Shown here: positions 13,834-28,027 of the stretch, piece by piece | Numbering within the stretch: position 1 is the first letter of the stretch | How the letters are laid out: each line of letters opens with the position of its first letter | Source: Antedon mediterranea | Lineage: Eukaryota > Animalia > Echinodermata | DNA: 64,000 nucleotides | Assembly (NCBI RefSeq): GCF_964355755.1 | Contig: NC_092673.1 | Location: 33,973,648-34,037,647, forward strand | Direction of reading: 5' to 3' | Notes under the pieces: model-generated | The model's input: only the letters and a program-made list of their open reading frames with translations | Database searches by the model: none | What the model was told of the DNA's origin: nothing | Position numbers and translations under genes: made by a program

Positions 13834-14687
13834 TTAAGTAAATTGATAATCCTAGTTCCTGTGTCTGTAATGGATGGTAACTGTCTAGCTTTAATTTCTA
13901 CTACTACCAATGATGCTGATCTAGTCAATACATCAAGTGCTATTACATTAGTGTCTGCTTACTTTGCATTCAGACAGACAAAATGTACTTAATAGTTTGT
14001 GTACAAATACTTGATTTACACATTACAGAATAACAATACAGTATGTTTTGCATTTAAGTACTGTCAATTTACAATAAACTAAATTCTAAAACAGCAGACA
14101 GTTGATCTATTTAGTATTTTAAAATATACTATATAAATTTTAATATTCCTTGTCTAGTGTATACAAATTTCAAAATTATTTATAGAAAAAGGGATAGAAA
14201 TAGGCAAATCACAAAGAAAATGATGCAGAACCAGAATTGGTTTTGTGGACTTCATTGAAAAATGATAAATTGTGACCATGTTGTTCATGATGGGGGGACA
14301 TTGACACACCATTGTTCATTGATGTAATGCACTATTTAGGTTTTTTGATGTACCCCTGCGTCAATAATTAATTATAAATAACGTGGGTTCAAGGATGTAG
14401 CCAATCAGATGCACTGAAAGTGTGCAGCAAAATGCATAACAGCACTCTGCATGTAAATAGTATTGCAGAATACCGAAATACTGCACAATTTACGCGGTCC
14501 CAATTAAAACAAAACAAACACACACCTCTGTCTTGAGCATTATTTGCATGACACATCCATGATGCACCTCTCCCAGGGGTCGTATAGTAGGTCATACAAT
14601 TGATAAGTGCATTACATAGACAAACCGATATATTGCCTCTTCCTATCGAGGAGAAAACATAACAAACCATGACCTGCGCCCTTATAA

Positions 14688-16695
14688 TAGGTATCCCAAT
14701 GAAAAAATTCAGATTAATTTTTTTACATTTTCTTTCAGTTAACCATAAAGAACGTAATGTAATTAGCATTTTGCGATTTAAATGATTGAAATCCGATTAC
14801 CCGTTCTAAAGTTATGGTTATTTAAAGTGGTAAAAAAATATACGATTTTTTGCCTAAAAATGGTGTTTTTTGCAGTTCAAATTGGAAGCATTTTTAAAAG
14901 GTTATAACTTTTACAATAATTAGTTAAAAGTTTTGAATTTTGTTAAACCTATAGATATCACAGAGTTGTACAACTCTATTTTTTTTGGAGCCTCAACGAA
15001 ACCTATTTTTTAAATTATTGGTCCGCAAAGTGGTAGGAAAGCATTTAACGCCCATTTTTGCTGGAATTCCCTAAAAAATGAAAAAACTGCAATTTTTCAA
15101 TGATCTGTAACTTTTGAACTACTGTACTAATTCATTTAATTTTTTTTGTACTTGTTAGAATGTAGTGTATATTTCATTAATAAATATATTTTAGATGTGT
15201 ATATGAAAAAAAAAAATTTTTTTAATGGTGAAATTTAAAATTATAAAAAGAAAAAAATGAAAAAGTATGTTAAAAACGGTGTGTACTGTTTCCTTTCTTT
15301 TACACTAATTTTCGGTAAGTATAATTATTAGAATATTTTAATATACTTTATATTTATAATTTCAATCATAAATACTATTATATATAACTTTTGAATACGT
15401 AAAACAAGATTTTAGGCCCATATGATTATGACACCAAATCTAAGCTAAGTAAGATATGCTCTTTTAAGGCAAACGCACAATATGGGTCAAAATAAACTCA
15501 TTTAAAATAATCAATGTTAATTAAAACAATTAATTGTTTACCTGAATAGTATATATAACATTATAAAAATTGTTTTCTTTTCGTATTATTACGTTATTAA
15601 ATTGAAATACGGAGCTAAAGTTTAGGCCAAGTCACGGCTTACTCGCGATCAGTAGTCGCTCCGTTAAAGTATTTCGGTCGCAGTTAATGACTTTCGGCCG
15701 CCGTATACAGAGTCAAATGTAACGTTGGTAAATTAGCTTAATAAATTTCCTCGGTACATTTTAAACTAACGCATTTGCATTGTATACTTGCATAATAAAT
15801 CTTCCGCACATTACATCAATTTTAAGTTGTTAAATTAATGTGTAAAACCAGATATTCTACGACGGAAAAGGACATGTCAATCTCCGACATCGCTGCTGTC
15901 ACACATCTCGCGTCGAGCCGGTCGAACTCGAGCGAGGAAAACTAAACAACGTGTTCAAAATATGGAACGTACCATTCGCTGATAGGGTGCATTAATGAAT
16001 TTAACGGAAAACGCCACAACAAACACGCGCGTATTTTAGAGTACAATATTTTACTCACTACAATATTCACCGGATTATAATGGTTGGATCTTTAAAATTT
16101 TGAATGGGATTTACGCCTCATGCACCATTTTAAAATGTAGTTCGCTCAATTACCATGCACAATACGTTTGTAAACTATGTTTTATCGATTTCAATGTAGA
16201 TTTAGCTATAATTTAATACCAAAATCCATAATATTTTTCCATAAACGGTGAATCAAAATTGGATTTTTGTCACAAAAATTGACTTTTCGTTACGAAAAAC
16301 CTTTTTATAGAAGACGATTTTCGTATCAAATTAAAGCTTATTTAAAGCCTGATAACATACAACAAAAATTAATCCGCTAGCTCCAATGGTAATCGTGCGA
16401 TCGTGTTTTGAAAACTGATGGGGATTTTCCGATGAGGTTTTCAACGCGCGGAAATCGGCTCGACGGGATTTTAGAACCGTTTTAAAATCGCATTTTCTCG
16501 GCAACTAATTCATTAATTTTAATTATAAACACACTTATACATAGATTAAAACAAGTACTTTCAAACAATATAAATTTTGTAAGTATTAATTAAGATTGAA
16601 TACGATTTATTTAACATCAAAGTCATACTACTTTTTCGAATTTCGTCAATATTTCAAAAGTGATACCCCTCTGTGCGCTTTCATTGGGATACCTA
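14688..16695. mobile_element. 2.0-kb non-autonomous DNA transposon with 17-bp TIRs and 7-bp TSD
   Basis: Perfect TIR TAGGTATCCCAATGAAA / TTTCATTGGGATACCTA. Direct repeat CTTATAA at 14681-14687 and 16696-16702. No ORF inside. Confidence 0.85.
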
Positions 16696-18052
16696 CTTAT
16701 AAGGATGACCACACCCACATATCTTAGTCTTTGCAAACATGCATTTGCATAAGGGTTGAAATTATTAAAACAGCTCCATGTAAATCAATTTTGTAAGATC
16801 TGAAGGCTGGAGAAACCGCAACATGTGCAAATATTTTTTTTTTCCACAAAAATATTAACAAATATTGTATTTTTTGAAAGTATACAGTGTTGTGTACAAC
16901 AGGTATAGCTGCTTCAAGGCTTTGAGTAGGCTATAAATGACAAATTGTTACTTACTCAAGCAAAAATTCCTGTAATATATTTTCGCAATGTGACAGAAAA
17001 CATCTGAATATTGAATTGTTGAGGTAAAATACTGTATACTATCAACATTGTCTAGCTCGTGGATGTTTAGTTGTATAATGCTATAATAAATCTTACTTTG
17101 AAATAACAATTTGTCATTCTTCTTGATTTGATGGAAAAATATTAACTTAGTCCCATAATGCAAAATTGCTTTGTGTACAGTAGTAACAATGTATATATTA
17201 TTATTAATTATACCGTACCAGGTAATGTAGTACTGTGATAATACAGAGTTCTCCCTCAAGGTAAATGCTGAAGGCACTATACAGTATACACTATACAGTA
17301 TAGTAGTAGGGCCTGTGGATAATGAATGAAAAGTATTCACAACAACATTTTTTTTAAATACTTATTGCCTATAGAAAAGAGAATGTTGCAAAAAAATCCC
17401 CAAAATAACTGATCTATAAATAATAATATAAAGATCCCAATGATTTCTTATTTTAATAACAAAAAAAAACCCTGCTTTTTTAAAAGGAGTAATTTTAAAC
17501 TGCACAGAACATTATAAATGTTTAAAATAATAATGATGTCCTTTTAAGTACATCCACAAAACTGAGAAACTGAGGTATTAATGTGAGTAAAAATTGAACT
17601 GAAAAATGAGATTGAGATGAACAAACTAATTATAACCGGTTTAGAATGCAGTATTCTATTACAAGAGGCCCAGATGAAATATTATTTTTTATGTTTCATT
17701 GTATAATATTATGGTGCTTATTTGTTTGCATTGCATTTTGGTATCAAAGTTGGGAATAAACCATTGATTGATTGATACTGCAAAGGTGCAAAATGATAAA
17801 TGACTACAAATGTTCGGAGAAGCAATAAGTTATTACACATAATTAAATAATAAACCAAGTAAGCTAGAGAGTAGAGAGATAGCTTATTAAACTTTCTAGT
17901 ATTAGGGAGGTATACCAGCGTTAACTTTACTTTTGCACCTAAATAACATGACCATTCAAGATGGTTTGGCATAAAACTGTTTAAATGAATATGAATATAT
18001 AATTGGTTTTTCAAGATTGATGCAAAAGTATAGTATCCCTGTTTCTCTATTT

Positions 18053-21000
18053 AGGTGATCAGTTAGAATAAAATGATCACCTATTGTTATTGTATGAAAT
18101 CTTTGTTATTGGTTATCCGCAACGAAGTTGCAGGATAACCTCTTGTGATTGTACGAAATCATCAACATCAACTTTTTAGTTATCCGCACTTGGCGGATAA
18201 CTCCTTGTTATTGTATGGGATCTTTTTCCTTTTTGGTTATCTGCAACGAAGTTGCAGGATAACCTCTTGTGATTGTACGAAATCATCAACATCAACTTTT
18301 TATTTCTCTTCTTTCTTTCTGTATGATTTTTGTGGAACGCTTTTCTCTAAAACTTGCAAACATAACATTTTGTAACTTTTTCAACATATCGTCATGCACA
18401 TGAAGATGTGCAGCGAAGCTTTTCATGATGTTTACAATTGCGCAACGTGACGTACACGCGATTTAACGATTTTGTCGTATTTAACATAGCTCGACAACCA
18501 AATAACATTTCAACTTGAAACTTTGCAAAAGTTTAATTTATATCATGCGCTAACTTTCTGTTGAAAAAAAATTGCGTGTTTTACACAAAGTTACGCGCGC
18601 ACGCGCATTTAAAATTTCAAAATGCGCAAAATTAATTTATAATCAACTTTCTACGCGTTTCATGTCGTTTTAAGCATGTCAAATATTCCCACGCGTGCGC
18701 ACATTTTTACGTGTGCGGTGCGCACGTAGCATTCAAAACGTATTTTTTTCGCGTGATTTATAATTTTCCAGCCTTTTCTAGTAATTTTACCAAATTTTAA
18801 ACCATTTCGACTTAAAGATACGTCATACGAGCACGTCGAATTGGACAATTTTCGCGCGTTTTTTATGAAAAGGTTAAAAAATTCGTTTAAAATATGCCTT
18901 TTTTTAAACAGTCGTAATTTCTAAACTAGACGGTCAACTTTTTGTGGATGACATATTCTGGAAGTAGATGAGTTATAGATATCGGATCAGGTATTAATAT
19001 GGCTAACCGGATATTGTGACGTTATCGTATGGCCACGCGAATATAAAATTTACGATTTTTGTATCTTTCGTCATAGCTCATCACATTGAATAGAGCGCAT
19101 CTCCACTTATCCGTTTTCCATTTTCACCCCGATTTTGATATTGTCTAGGTCAATCAACTATCTTTCGAATGAGTTAAAAATATTTTAATTTTTTTGACGT
19201 CATCATGCCTAAAAATTTAAATCACGTGTGGCATTAATTTCATCTTTACTGTAAATTTTAATCTGTTATAGCTCGTAAGAATAAAATGTGATAATCACGA
19301 TTAAAACTTTTTCTGGAAGCTATTGGATTGTAGATACGAAATTATGTAAAAATGTTGCCAATCGGATGTTGTGACGTCATCATATGGCCAGTTAAATAAA
19401 AAAGGTCGTATTTTCATCTTTTGCGTCATAATCCATTACACTTAAAAGAGCGCGCATCAATATTTCACGTATTCAAATTTCTTCTACACGCTAATACGTT
19501 GTTGCTGAGATAATTTCTTTTCGGAATTGCTACCTTCGCGTTTCATTTTAAAACCGTCAACATGTTAAAAATTGCAATAAATAGCGGGTCCCGTAATTTC
19601 ACCTATTCTACACTGTATGTGATATGGATACAGATTATACTGTGTATATACTATATGAATTTAAATAATAAAATTCAGCAATAACAACATATCATATTCT
19701 TCAGTTCAGGTCATAATGCCAACGTGAACACTTCCTTTTGTCCTCAACCTATCCTCTTAATGTTAATGTTGCACCACTTGCGCGGCGGATAACCAAACTC
19801 GTCAAAGTGACGAGTTACATGTCTAGTCTGTATTATTCTTCTGTCTTTCTTCCTTTTTTTGTGAGCCCTGTTTCTCTAAAATGTGTAAACAGAACATATC
19901 GTAACTTTGTCAAAATATAGACATTTACGTGAAGTTGTGCACCTCCTATTTTTGAAAAACGTCAGAGTTGCGCAACGTGACTTGCACGCAATTTTATGAA
20001 TTTAAATGATTGATCATAGATTAAAAACCAAAAGTCGATTTGTATTGAGACTTGGTGAAAATTTAATTTATATCAAGTCAATTTTCTGTGGATTAAAAAT
20101 GGCATGTTTCACACAAAGTTACGCGCGCACGCGCATTTAAAATTTCAAAATGCGCAAAATTAATTTCTAATCAACTTTCTACGCGTTTCATGTAATTTTA
20201 AGCATGTCAAAAATTCCCACGCGCCCGCAAATTTTTACGTGCGCGGTGCGCATGTAGCGTTGAAAACATATTTTTTTCTCGTGATTTATGTTTTTCTAGC
20301 TTTTTTTAGTAATTTTATCAACTTTTAAACAATTTCGACTTAAAATCACGTCATATGAGCACGTCGAATTGAACAATTTGTGCGCTTTTTTGATGAAAAA
20401 GTTCAAAAATTTGTCAAAATTATGCCTTTTTTTAAACAGTCGTAATTTCTAAACTGCACGGTCAACTTTTTGTGGATAACATATTCTGGAAGTTGATTAG
20501 TTGTATATATCGGATCATGTATTAATATGGCTAACCGGACATTATGACGTCATCGTATGGCCACGCAAATATAAAATAAAGGATTTTTGTATCTTTCTTT
20601 ATAGGTCATCACATTTAATAGAGCGCATCTCAACTTAGCCATTTTCCATTTTCACCCCGATTTTTATATTGTCTAGGTCAATCAACTATCTTTCGCATGA
20701 GTTAAAAATATTTTAATTTTTATGACGTCATCATGCCTAAAAATTTAAATTACGTGTGGCATTAATTTCATCTTTACAGTAAAATTTAATCGGTTATAGC
20801 TCGTAAGAATAAAATGTGATAATCACGATTAAAACGTTTTCTAGTAGCTATTGGATTGTAGATAGGAAATCATGTGAAAATTTTGCCAATCGGATGTTCT
20901 GATGTCATCATATGACTAGTTAAATAAAAAAAGTCGTATTTTCATCTTTTGCGTCATAATTTATTACATTTAAAAGAGCGCGCATCAATATTTTACGTAT

Positions 21001-23941
21001 TTAAATTTCTTCTACACATTAATATGTTGTTGCCGAGATAATTTCCTTCCGAAATTGCTATCTTAGTGTTTCATTTTGATACCGTCGCCATGTTAAAAAT
21101 TGGAATAAATGGCGGGTCCAGTCATTTCACCTATTCTACACTGTATGTAATATGTATACAGATTATATTGTATACTATATGACAAAAAATAACAGAATTC
21201 AGCAATAACAACATATCATATTCTTCAGTTCAGGTCATATTGCCATAATCTTTTTCTGTGTGCAATATTCTAACGTATGACGTGCACGTGGCCTTTGTCG
21301 TGCGGATAACTAACTCGTCAAAGTGACGAGTTACATGTCTAGTCTGTATTATTCTTCTGTCTTTCTTCCTTTTTTTGTGAGCCCTGTTTCTCTAAAATGT
21401 GTAAACAGAACATATCGTAACTTTGTCCAAATATAGACATTTACGTGAAGTTGTGCACCTCCTATTTTTGAAAAACATCACAGTTGCGCAACGTGACTTG
21501 CACGCAATTTTATGAATTTAAATGATTGATCATAGATTAAAAACCAAAAGTCGATTTGTATTGAGACTTGGTGAAAATTTAATTTATATCAAGAGTCAAT
21601 TTTCTGTGGATTAAAAATGGCATGTTTCACACAAAGTTACGCGCGCACGCGCATTTAAAATTTCAAAATGCGCAAAATTAATTTCTAATCAACTTTCTAC
21701 GCGTTTCATGTAATTTTAAGCATGTCAAAAATTCCCACGCGCCAGCAAATTTTTACGTGCGCGGTGCGCATGTAGCGTTGAAAACATATTTTTTTCTCGT
21801 GATTTATGTTTTTCTAGCTTTTTTTTAGTAATTTTATCAACTTTTAAACAATTTCGACTTAAAATCACGTCATATGAGCACGTCGAATTGAACAATTTGT
21901 GCGCTTTTTTGATGAAAAAGTTCAAAAATTTGTCAAAATTATGCCTTTTTTTAAACAGTCGTAATTTCTAAACTGCACGGTCAACTTTTTGTGGATAACA
22001 TATTCTGGAAGTTGATTAGTTTCGCATGAGTTAAAAATATTTTAATTTTTATGACGTCATCATGCCTAAAAATTTAAATTACGTGTGGCATTAATTTCAT
22101 CTTTACAGTAAATTTTAATCTGTTATAGCTCGTAAGAATAAAATGGGATAATCACGATTAAAACGTTTTCTAGTAGCTATTGGATTGTAGATAGGAAATC
22201 ATGTGAAAATTTTGCCAATCGGATGTTGTGATGTCATCATATGACTAGTTAAATAAAAAAAGTCGTATTTTCATCTTTTGCGTCATAATTTATTACATTT
22301 AAAAGAGCGCGCATCAATATTTTACGTATTTAAATTTCTTCTACACGCTAATACGTTGTTGCTGAGATAATTTCCTTTCGGAATTGCTACCTTCGCGTTT
22401 CATTTTAAAACCGTCAACATGTTAAAAATTGCAATAAATAGCGGGTCCCGTAATTTCACCTATTCTACACTGTATGTGATATGGATACAGATTATACTGT
22501 GTATACTATATATGAATTTAAATAATAAAATTCAGCAATAACAACATATCATATTCTTCAGTTCAGGTCATAATGCCAACGTGAACACTTCCTTTTGTCC
22601 TCAACCTATCATATCTCCATAGTTAATTATCACATATTAATGTAATTCACTAAACGTAAACTTCAGGTCAAGGGTAAAAATATTAGCAAATAAAAACGCA
22701 CGCACACATAGGATCATGCGCGTGAAATCGCTCTTTAAAAATTTAAAAACCTCAAAATTAAGTTTGGATCAATTTAGAGCATGAATTAGGCCATTTGCGT
22801 GTTTCAAAAAATTACTGCGCAAAAAAATATTTTTGCGCGCGCGATACTTAAAAAGCGTAAAAAATACGATTTTTTTTTACAAATCGCATTCTACTCACCA
22901 TCTTTAGTACATTCACCAAATTTGAGTCAGTTCCGATATAAAATAACGCTATACGAGCAGGTTCAAAATGACAAAATGCGCAAATTAATTGCATCAAAGT
23001 GTTGAAAATGGTGAAAAATAAGGCATTTTTAAAATGAAAATAATTCTTCAGAATGCACGATGACCCCCAATTTTTTAAACTTATTCTGGAAGCCATTGAG
23101 TTGTAGATATGAATACATGTACACATTGTACGTACAAAATGTTGTCACGTCATCAAATGGCCACTTGAATTTAAAATTAAGCTTTTTTTCTTTTTCGTCA
23201 TATTTTATCACATTCAATAGAACGCATCCCTCTGTTATTTTGTACCAGATTTTCGCTAAAATGTTAGTATGTGATTGCTCAATTAATTAACTTTCTCATG
23301 ACTTGCCACTATTTTTATTTTGATGACATCACCACGCGTAAAAACTTGAATAACGTAGGTCGTGTAATTTCACCTTCGCCGTAAATTTGAATATCATACA
23401 GCTCTTCGGAATTGAAGGTTACCTTGATGATTATAATTTATTATGAAAGCTGATGAAATGTAGATATGAATTCATATAAAAATCAAGCCTATCGGATGTT
23501 GTGAAGTTAACATATGGCCAGTTGAAGTTAAAAAGTAGTTTTTTCATCTTTTTCGTCACAGTTATACAAATTTCAAAGAGCGCGCACAGCGCTTCTACGT
23601 GCCAAATTCTCTTCCAATTCTTATATTTATTTGCTCAATTCATTATCTTTCGAAATTGTCATCTTCGAGTTTATTTTGATAATTCCATCATACCAAAAAA
23701 TTAGAACATGATGTGTGTCCCGTAATTTCATCTATGCTACACTGTATATAGATATACATTATATACTGTACATATTATATATGGCATATAATAGGCACAA
23801 CTCAGCACCATAAGCGTATAATAGGATGGCATACATCAACATTTCTGATCGTATGTTAACGTACGTGCAAGTAAAAAAAAAATTAATTTCAGTAAAATGA
23901 TAAAATGATCACCTTCGTCAAAGTGACGAATTAAATTCTAG
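18053..23941 (+). mobile_element. Nested cluster of non-autonomous Helentron/Helitron-like elements
   Basis: Four 5' palindromic heads (18053, 18111, 18178, 18235). Three related ~1.3-1.5-kb bodies plus a more diverged fourth. Three 3' ends of the form subterminal IR + hairpin TCGTCA-AAG-TGACGA + CTAG|T, ending at 19826, 21342 and 23941. Confidence 0.8.
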
Positions 23942-24060
23942 TTTTTTTTTATTTAGTGAAGTAAATAATAATTAATCATAGGCTTAACACTAGTTGGCAG
24001 GATGAGGCCCACACGTGCTAGAATAATCATCCTCATATCAGATAAATTATAAATAAATAC

Positions 24061-24787
24061 GTCGTGGCTAAAGATACGGTACCGTATTCTAACTTCTATT
24101 TACTAAAGGTACGGTAAAATTTCATTACGTCATAACCAGCCAATGGGGTGCTGGTACGTGTGTGACGTCATCGTATAAGGATTTTTTTCATATCGCGAAA
24201 ACAGTGATCAACCGCATTTTCTTTATACTTTATTTATCGCTATTATCGCCGTCGTGTGTGACAAAAACTAAATGTAGCCTACGTCTGTTATTATTATTGA
24301 AAAGCCAAAACATGTTGATTTTAATTCTAGAATACAGAAAACCGTTTCAAAAGAGGCCTAGGCCTACTTACTACATACTATAACCTCATTATATGAGTTT
24401 GTTTGTGTAGAGGGAAAGCGATGCCAGGCTGGGGCCAGCTGCAGGTGTGCGCTGATTTCTGTGACTCGTCAGCCCTGGGGCTACTGTCTAAATCATAGTA
24501 TTTGAGGGCCCCTTTATTGTCCGCATTTGCTTGTTGTTTATGGTCACCATTGTAAACAAAATTTAATAAAAAATATAGGCCTAAATAGGCCATTTGGAGT
24601 AAAAATAAAACCCTCATCTGTAGCGCACACACATCCACGCATCATGGCGCCGCCGATAGGAATTCTCTACATATACATTCAACAGACGCAATATGAAAAA
24701 AAATCCCAAGTCCGATGACGTAATGCAATTTTACCGTACCTTTAGTAAACAGAAGTTAGAATACGGTACCGTATCTTTAGCCACGGC
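24061..24787. mobile_element. MITE with ~70-bp TIRs
   Basis: CGTGGCTAAAGATACGGTACCGTATTCTAACTTCT...TTACGTCAT at 24063 and its near-perfect reverse complement ending at 24785. No clear TSD. Confidence 0.85.
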
Positions 24788-26636
24788 AAAAAAAAAATAA
24801 GTATCTATTAGTATAAAATTAAATGAAATAGCACAATGATATACAATACAGTAAAGTAATAAGGTGAGTTTATGTCTGTACTTACATTTTGATGATTGTA
24901 AAATATATAGTGAGCAGCATTACATTACATCATTCACACACAACACAGTGTAGAGACTAGGCTAGCATACTACTAGGCCTAGGCCTATATCTATATAGTC
25001 AGAGGTCCTTCACAGTCATGCCTGCAGAGAGCCCTATATTTCTATCTAGGCTAGGCCTAACTAGGCTAGCTAGGCCTAGGCTAGGCTAGTAGAATGTCTA
25101 GCTAGGCAAGACCAAACAAATATTCACACGTCACATTAGTTTTAGGCCTAAATTGGCAATCCTACAGTATGCATACCCAAAAAATAACGCAAATTGTCAC
25201 GCAATAGGTAAGAATATATGTAATACATACCTTTTTTTTAGAAATTTGATGAGCTACTTTCTTTGTCAACTTTTTGTCACGCAGGCAAAAAAACCAAAAC
25301 ATTGAAAACGAAGTCTCTGCTCTGTCGTGTGTTATTGTTGTTGATGAGGTCACAACACAAAAGTAAGCTCTTCCGGGTTGTTGTGGTTAAGTCATTTCTA
25401 TAAAAATTGTTGGTGGCAGCAGGTGTATTTTTGGTACCCAAAAACTTTTTTCCTTAGCCTGCCCTCTATTGACCAGTATGGATTAGAATGTAGCCCGCCC
25501 TCTACAGTAGTATGATAACTGTTATTACTATGTAGATGGTAATGGACCATCTAGGTCGTGCCCACAGATGGTTCTCGAATACATAATAATTTCAGCGTTA
25601 AAAAACTGGCGATTTCAAATGTACGTACCGCAGAACAATAATACATGTTGTTTACAGAAACGAATAAATAGACACTGTGATTTATGTACTCAACTAAAAT
25701 TAGCACCCTGGGAATTACTTCCGAAAAAGAAACTTGTCACAAAATGAGACCAATTGTTTAAGTCAAATTTAAACAAACTTAATTTGTGTTTTATATGTAA
25801 CATTAGGGTTGAGGGATGGGGAAGAGGATGGGTGCAAAGAGGAACAATTTTTAAATATATTCTTTATCCATTTAGTAAAAATATTAATTGTTTTCATGTT
25901 TTACAACTAATATACCACTAAACACAGTAAAACATTGCGATGTAATACTTGAAACTATCACCGTCCTAGTCGATTGAAAAGTACAGTACATGTAACGATA
26001 TCACTACGACAACGTGTATATGTTTATATAATGTAAAACAATTTGTGAAAACCACCTCTATTCGGGGCAAATCATAAATTCGATTTAATCGTCAATATAT
26101 ATTAAATTATCTAACTCAACTTAATTAGTAGGCCTAATGGTTTTCAATTGTTTCTTAGAGCCAATTCATACTTAAGTTGGTTCCTACCCTACCCACCAAA
26201 GTTGTTCTGCGTTTAGGGCATGTGATGCACTGTAGGCCTATCCTCTACTGGATTTACAACCCTACTCATGCCAGTGAGGGAAGGGTGATGATGTGGGTGG
26301 TTTAACTGCAATAATAAATATTTGTACATAAATATACGGCGACTGAAAACGCTAGCTCATTATCTGTTTAAAAAAAAATGTATATCCAACCTCTGCAGCA
26401 CAGATTGAACAAAAAAATGGATCGAATTTCTGTTATGAGTATACAGTACTTGCCTTTACGACGCCTGAGGGAATAGACACTTGTGGAACAGAGATTGGAA
26501 TGTTCCATTCATCGCAAATCAATACATTTGTAAAAACGTATATTAAATCTATCAAAATAGCATTTTTAAAATAAAATCGGCCTGTCTTCAACATTATGAT
26601 GCTGTACTCGAACTGTTCAACCGGTTTTCAGCTATT

Positions 26637-27441
26637 AACAAGGCCAACAGCCATTAAGTCGCGTGCTACAATGCATAGTGATACCGGACCGACAGACAAA
26701 CAGACCGACAGACAGACAGACCGACAGACAGACGGACCGACCGACATAGTGAACTATACTGACCGAAATTACTGAACATGTTTAAAAATGTTGAAATGTT
26801 TAAAAACATTGATATTTTTTTAATTTACACGTGCGTAGCCTGTCACTTTTGACGTGCTCGTATAACGTAATTTAGAGTTGAAAAGTAAGTCAAGAAAACA
26901 GAAATCGGGCAAAAAGAGTGCACAATAACATTTAACGCGCAGTGCGCGCGCAAAAATCTGCGCACTCATGGCAATTTTGTAAACGCTTAAAATTGCCTGA
27001 AACGTACTCTTATTTCATCGAAAATAAATTTTGAAAATGTTAAGCGCGCGTACGCATGCGTTACATGCGCTACGCACGTAATTGTATTGCCATATGATGA
27101 TTTATGCCCTGAAATTTATGAGTACCAAATTTTATTTAATTGTGATTCATGGTTGTTAAGATATGATTACAAACGTGATTTCATTAAATCGTGCGTAGAC
27201 CGCGTAATTTTTTATTGCGCACCGTGAAAACATAACCACATCGATTCCTGGCCATAAGGAATATTCTGTGAAAAATTGACTTAGCTAGATTAAACTGATA
27301 TCAAGATAAGGTCATAAAGCGATAAAACGCATAGTGATACCGGACCGACAGACAGACAGACAGACCGACAGACAGACCGACAGACAGACAGACAGACCGA
27401 CCGACCGACATAGTGAACTATAGAGTCGCTTCCACGCGACT
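26637..27441 (-). mobile_element. DINE-1/HINE-like non-autonomous Helentron with duplicated (GTCK)n core
   Basis: On the minus strand: TTTTT-AGTCGCGTGGAAGCGACT head, two (GTCG/GTCT)n microsatellite cores, and a 3' CACGCGACT + GGCTGTTGGCC stem-loop followed by TTGTT. Confidence 0.75.
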
Positions 27442-28027
27442 AAAAACAATTATCGTAGGAGGAGATAGGAAAATGCGAAGTGTCCTCGTATTATTGTGTG
27501 AGGGAATTTTCCAAATTGGACATCCATTAGACAGTGTATACCACGATCGGAAAACACCCCTATTTGGGGAAAATCGTTGAACCTAAATTCGTTTTAATCG
27601 TCAATAACTAATTATCGAATTCAATTTAATTAGTAAACAGGGTTACATCAGGTGGTTAAAATCAGTACCGAAAGTACGAACCAACTTTACATACCATCGA
27701 GTAAACATTCTAGAAATAACGCGCGATTTACCGAATTTTGCCCTTACGTAAATTTATATATAGATTCAATGACCAGATATGAATATTTCAGCAACAAAAA
27801 ATAGAAACAAAAACATATTTTTATGACAAAATGTAAAATGATATTTTTAAAAAACAATTATCAGTGTCAACATAAGGTCTTGTATATCTGTATCCGATTA
27901 TCGTTTCCGATATTAATATTATTATGGACTATAATACAAGAATGACTTTTCTCCATATAAATTGCAGTTTTCATTATCCTAAGTGATTAATATTCATGGC
28001 GGCATGTTTGTCTAGACAGTGTACAAT

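Noticed and set aside
26056-27635. ~75-bp diverged direct repeats (26056-26130 and 27558-27635) as LTRs
   Set aside because: Too short and diverged, no TG..CA ends, primer-binding site or internal ORF; probably an old local duplication.
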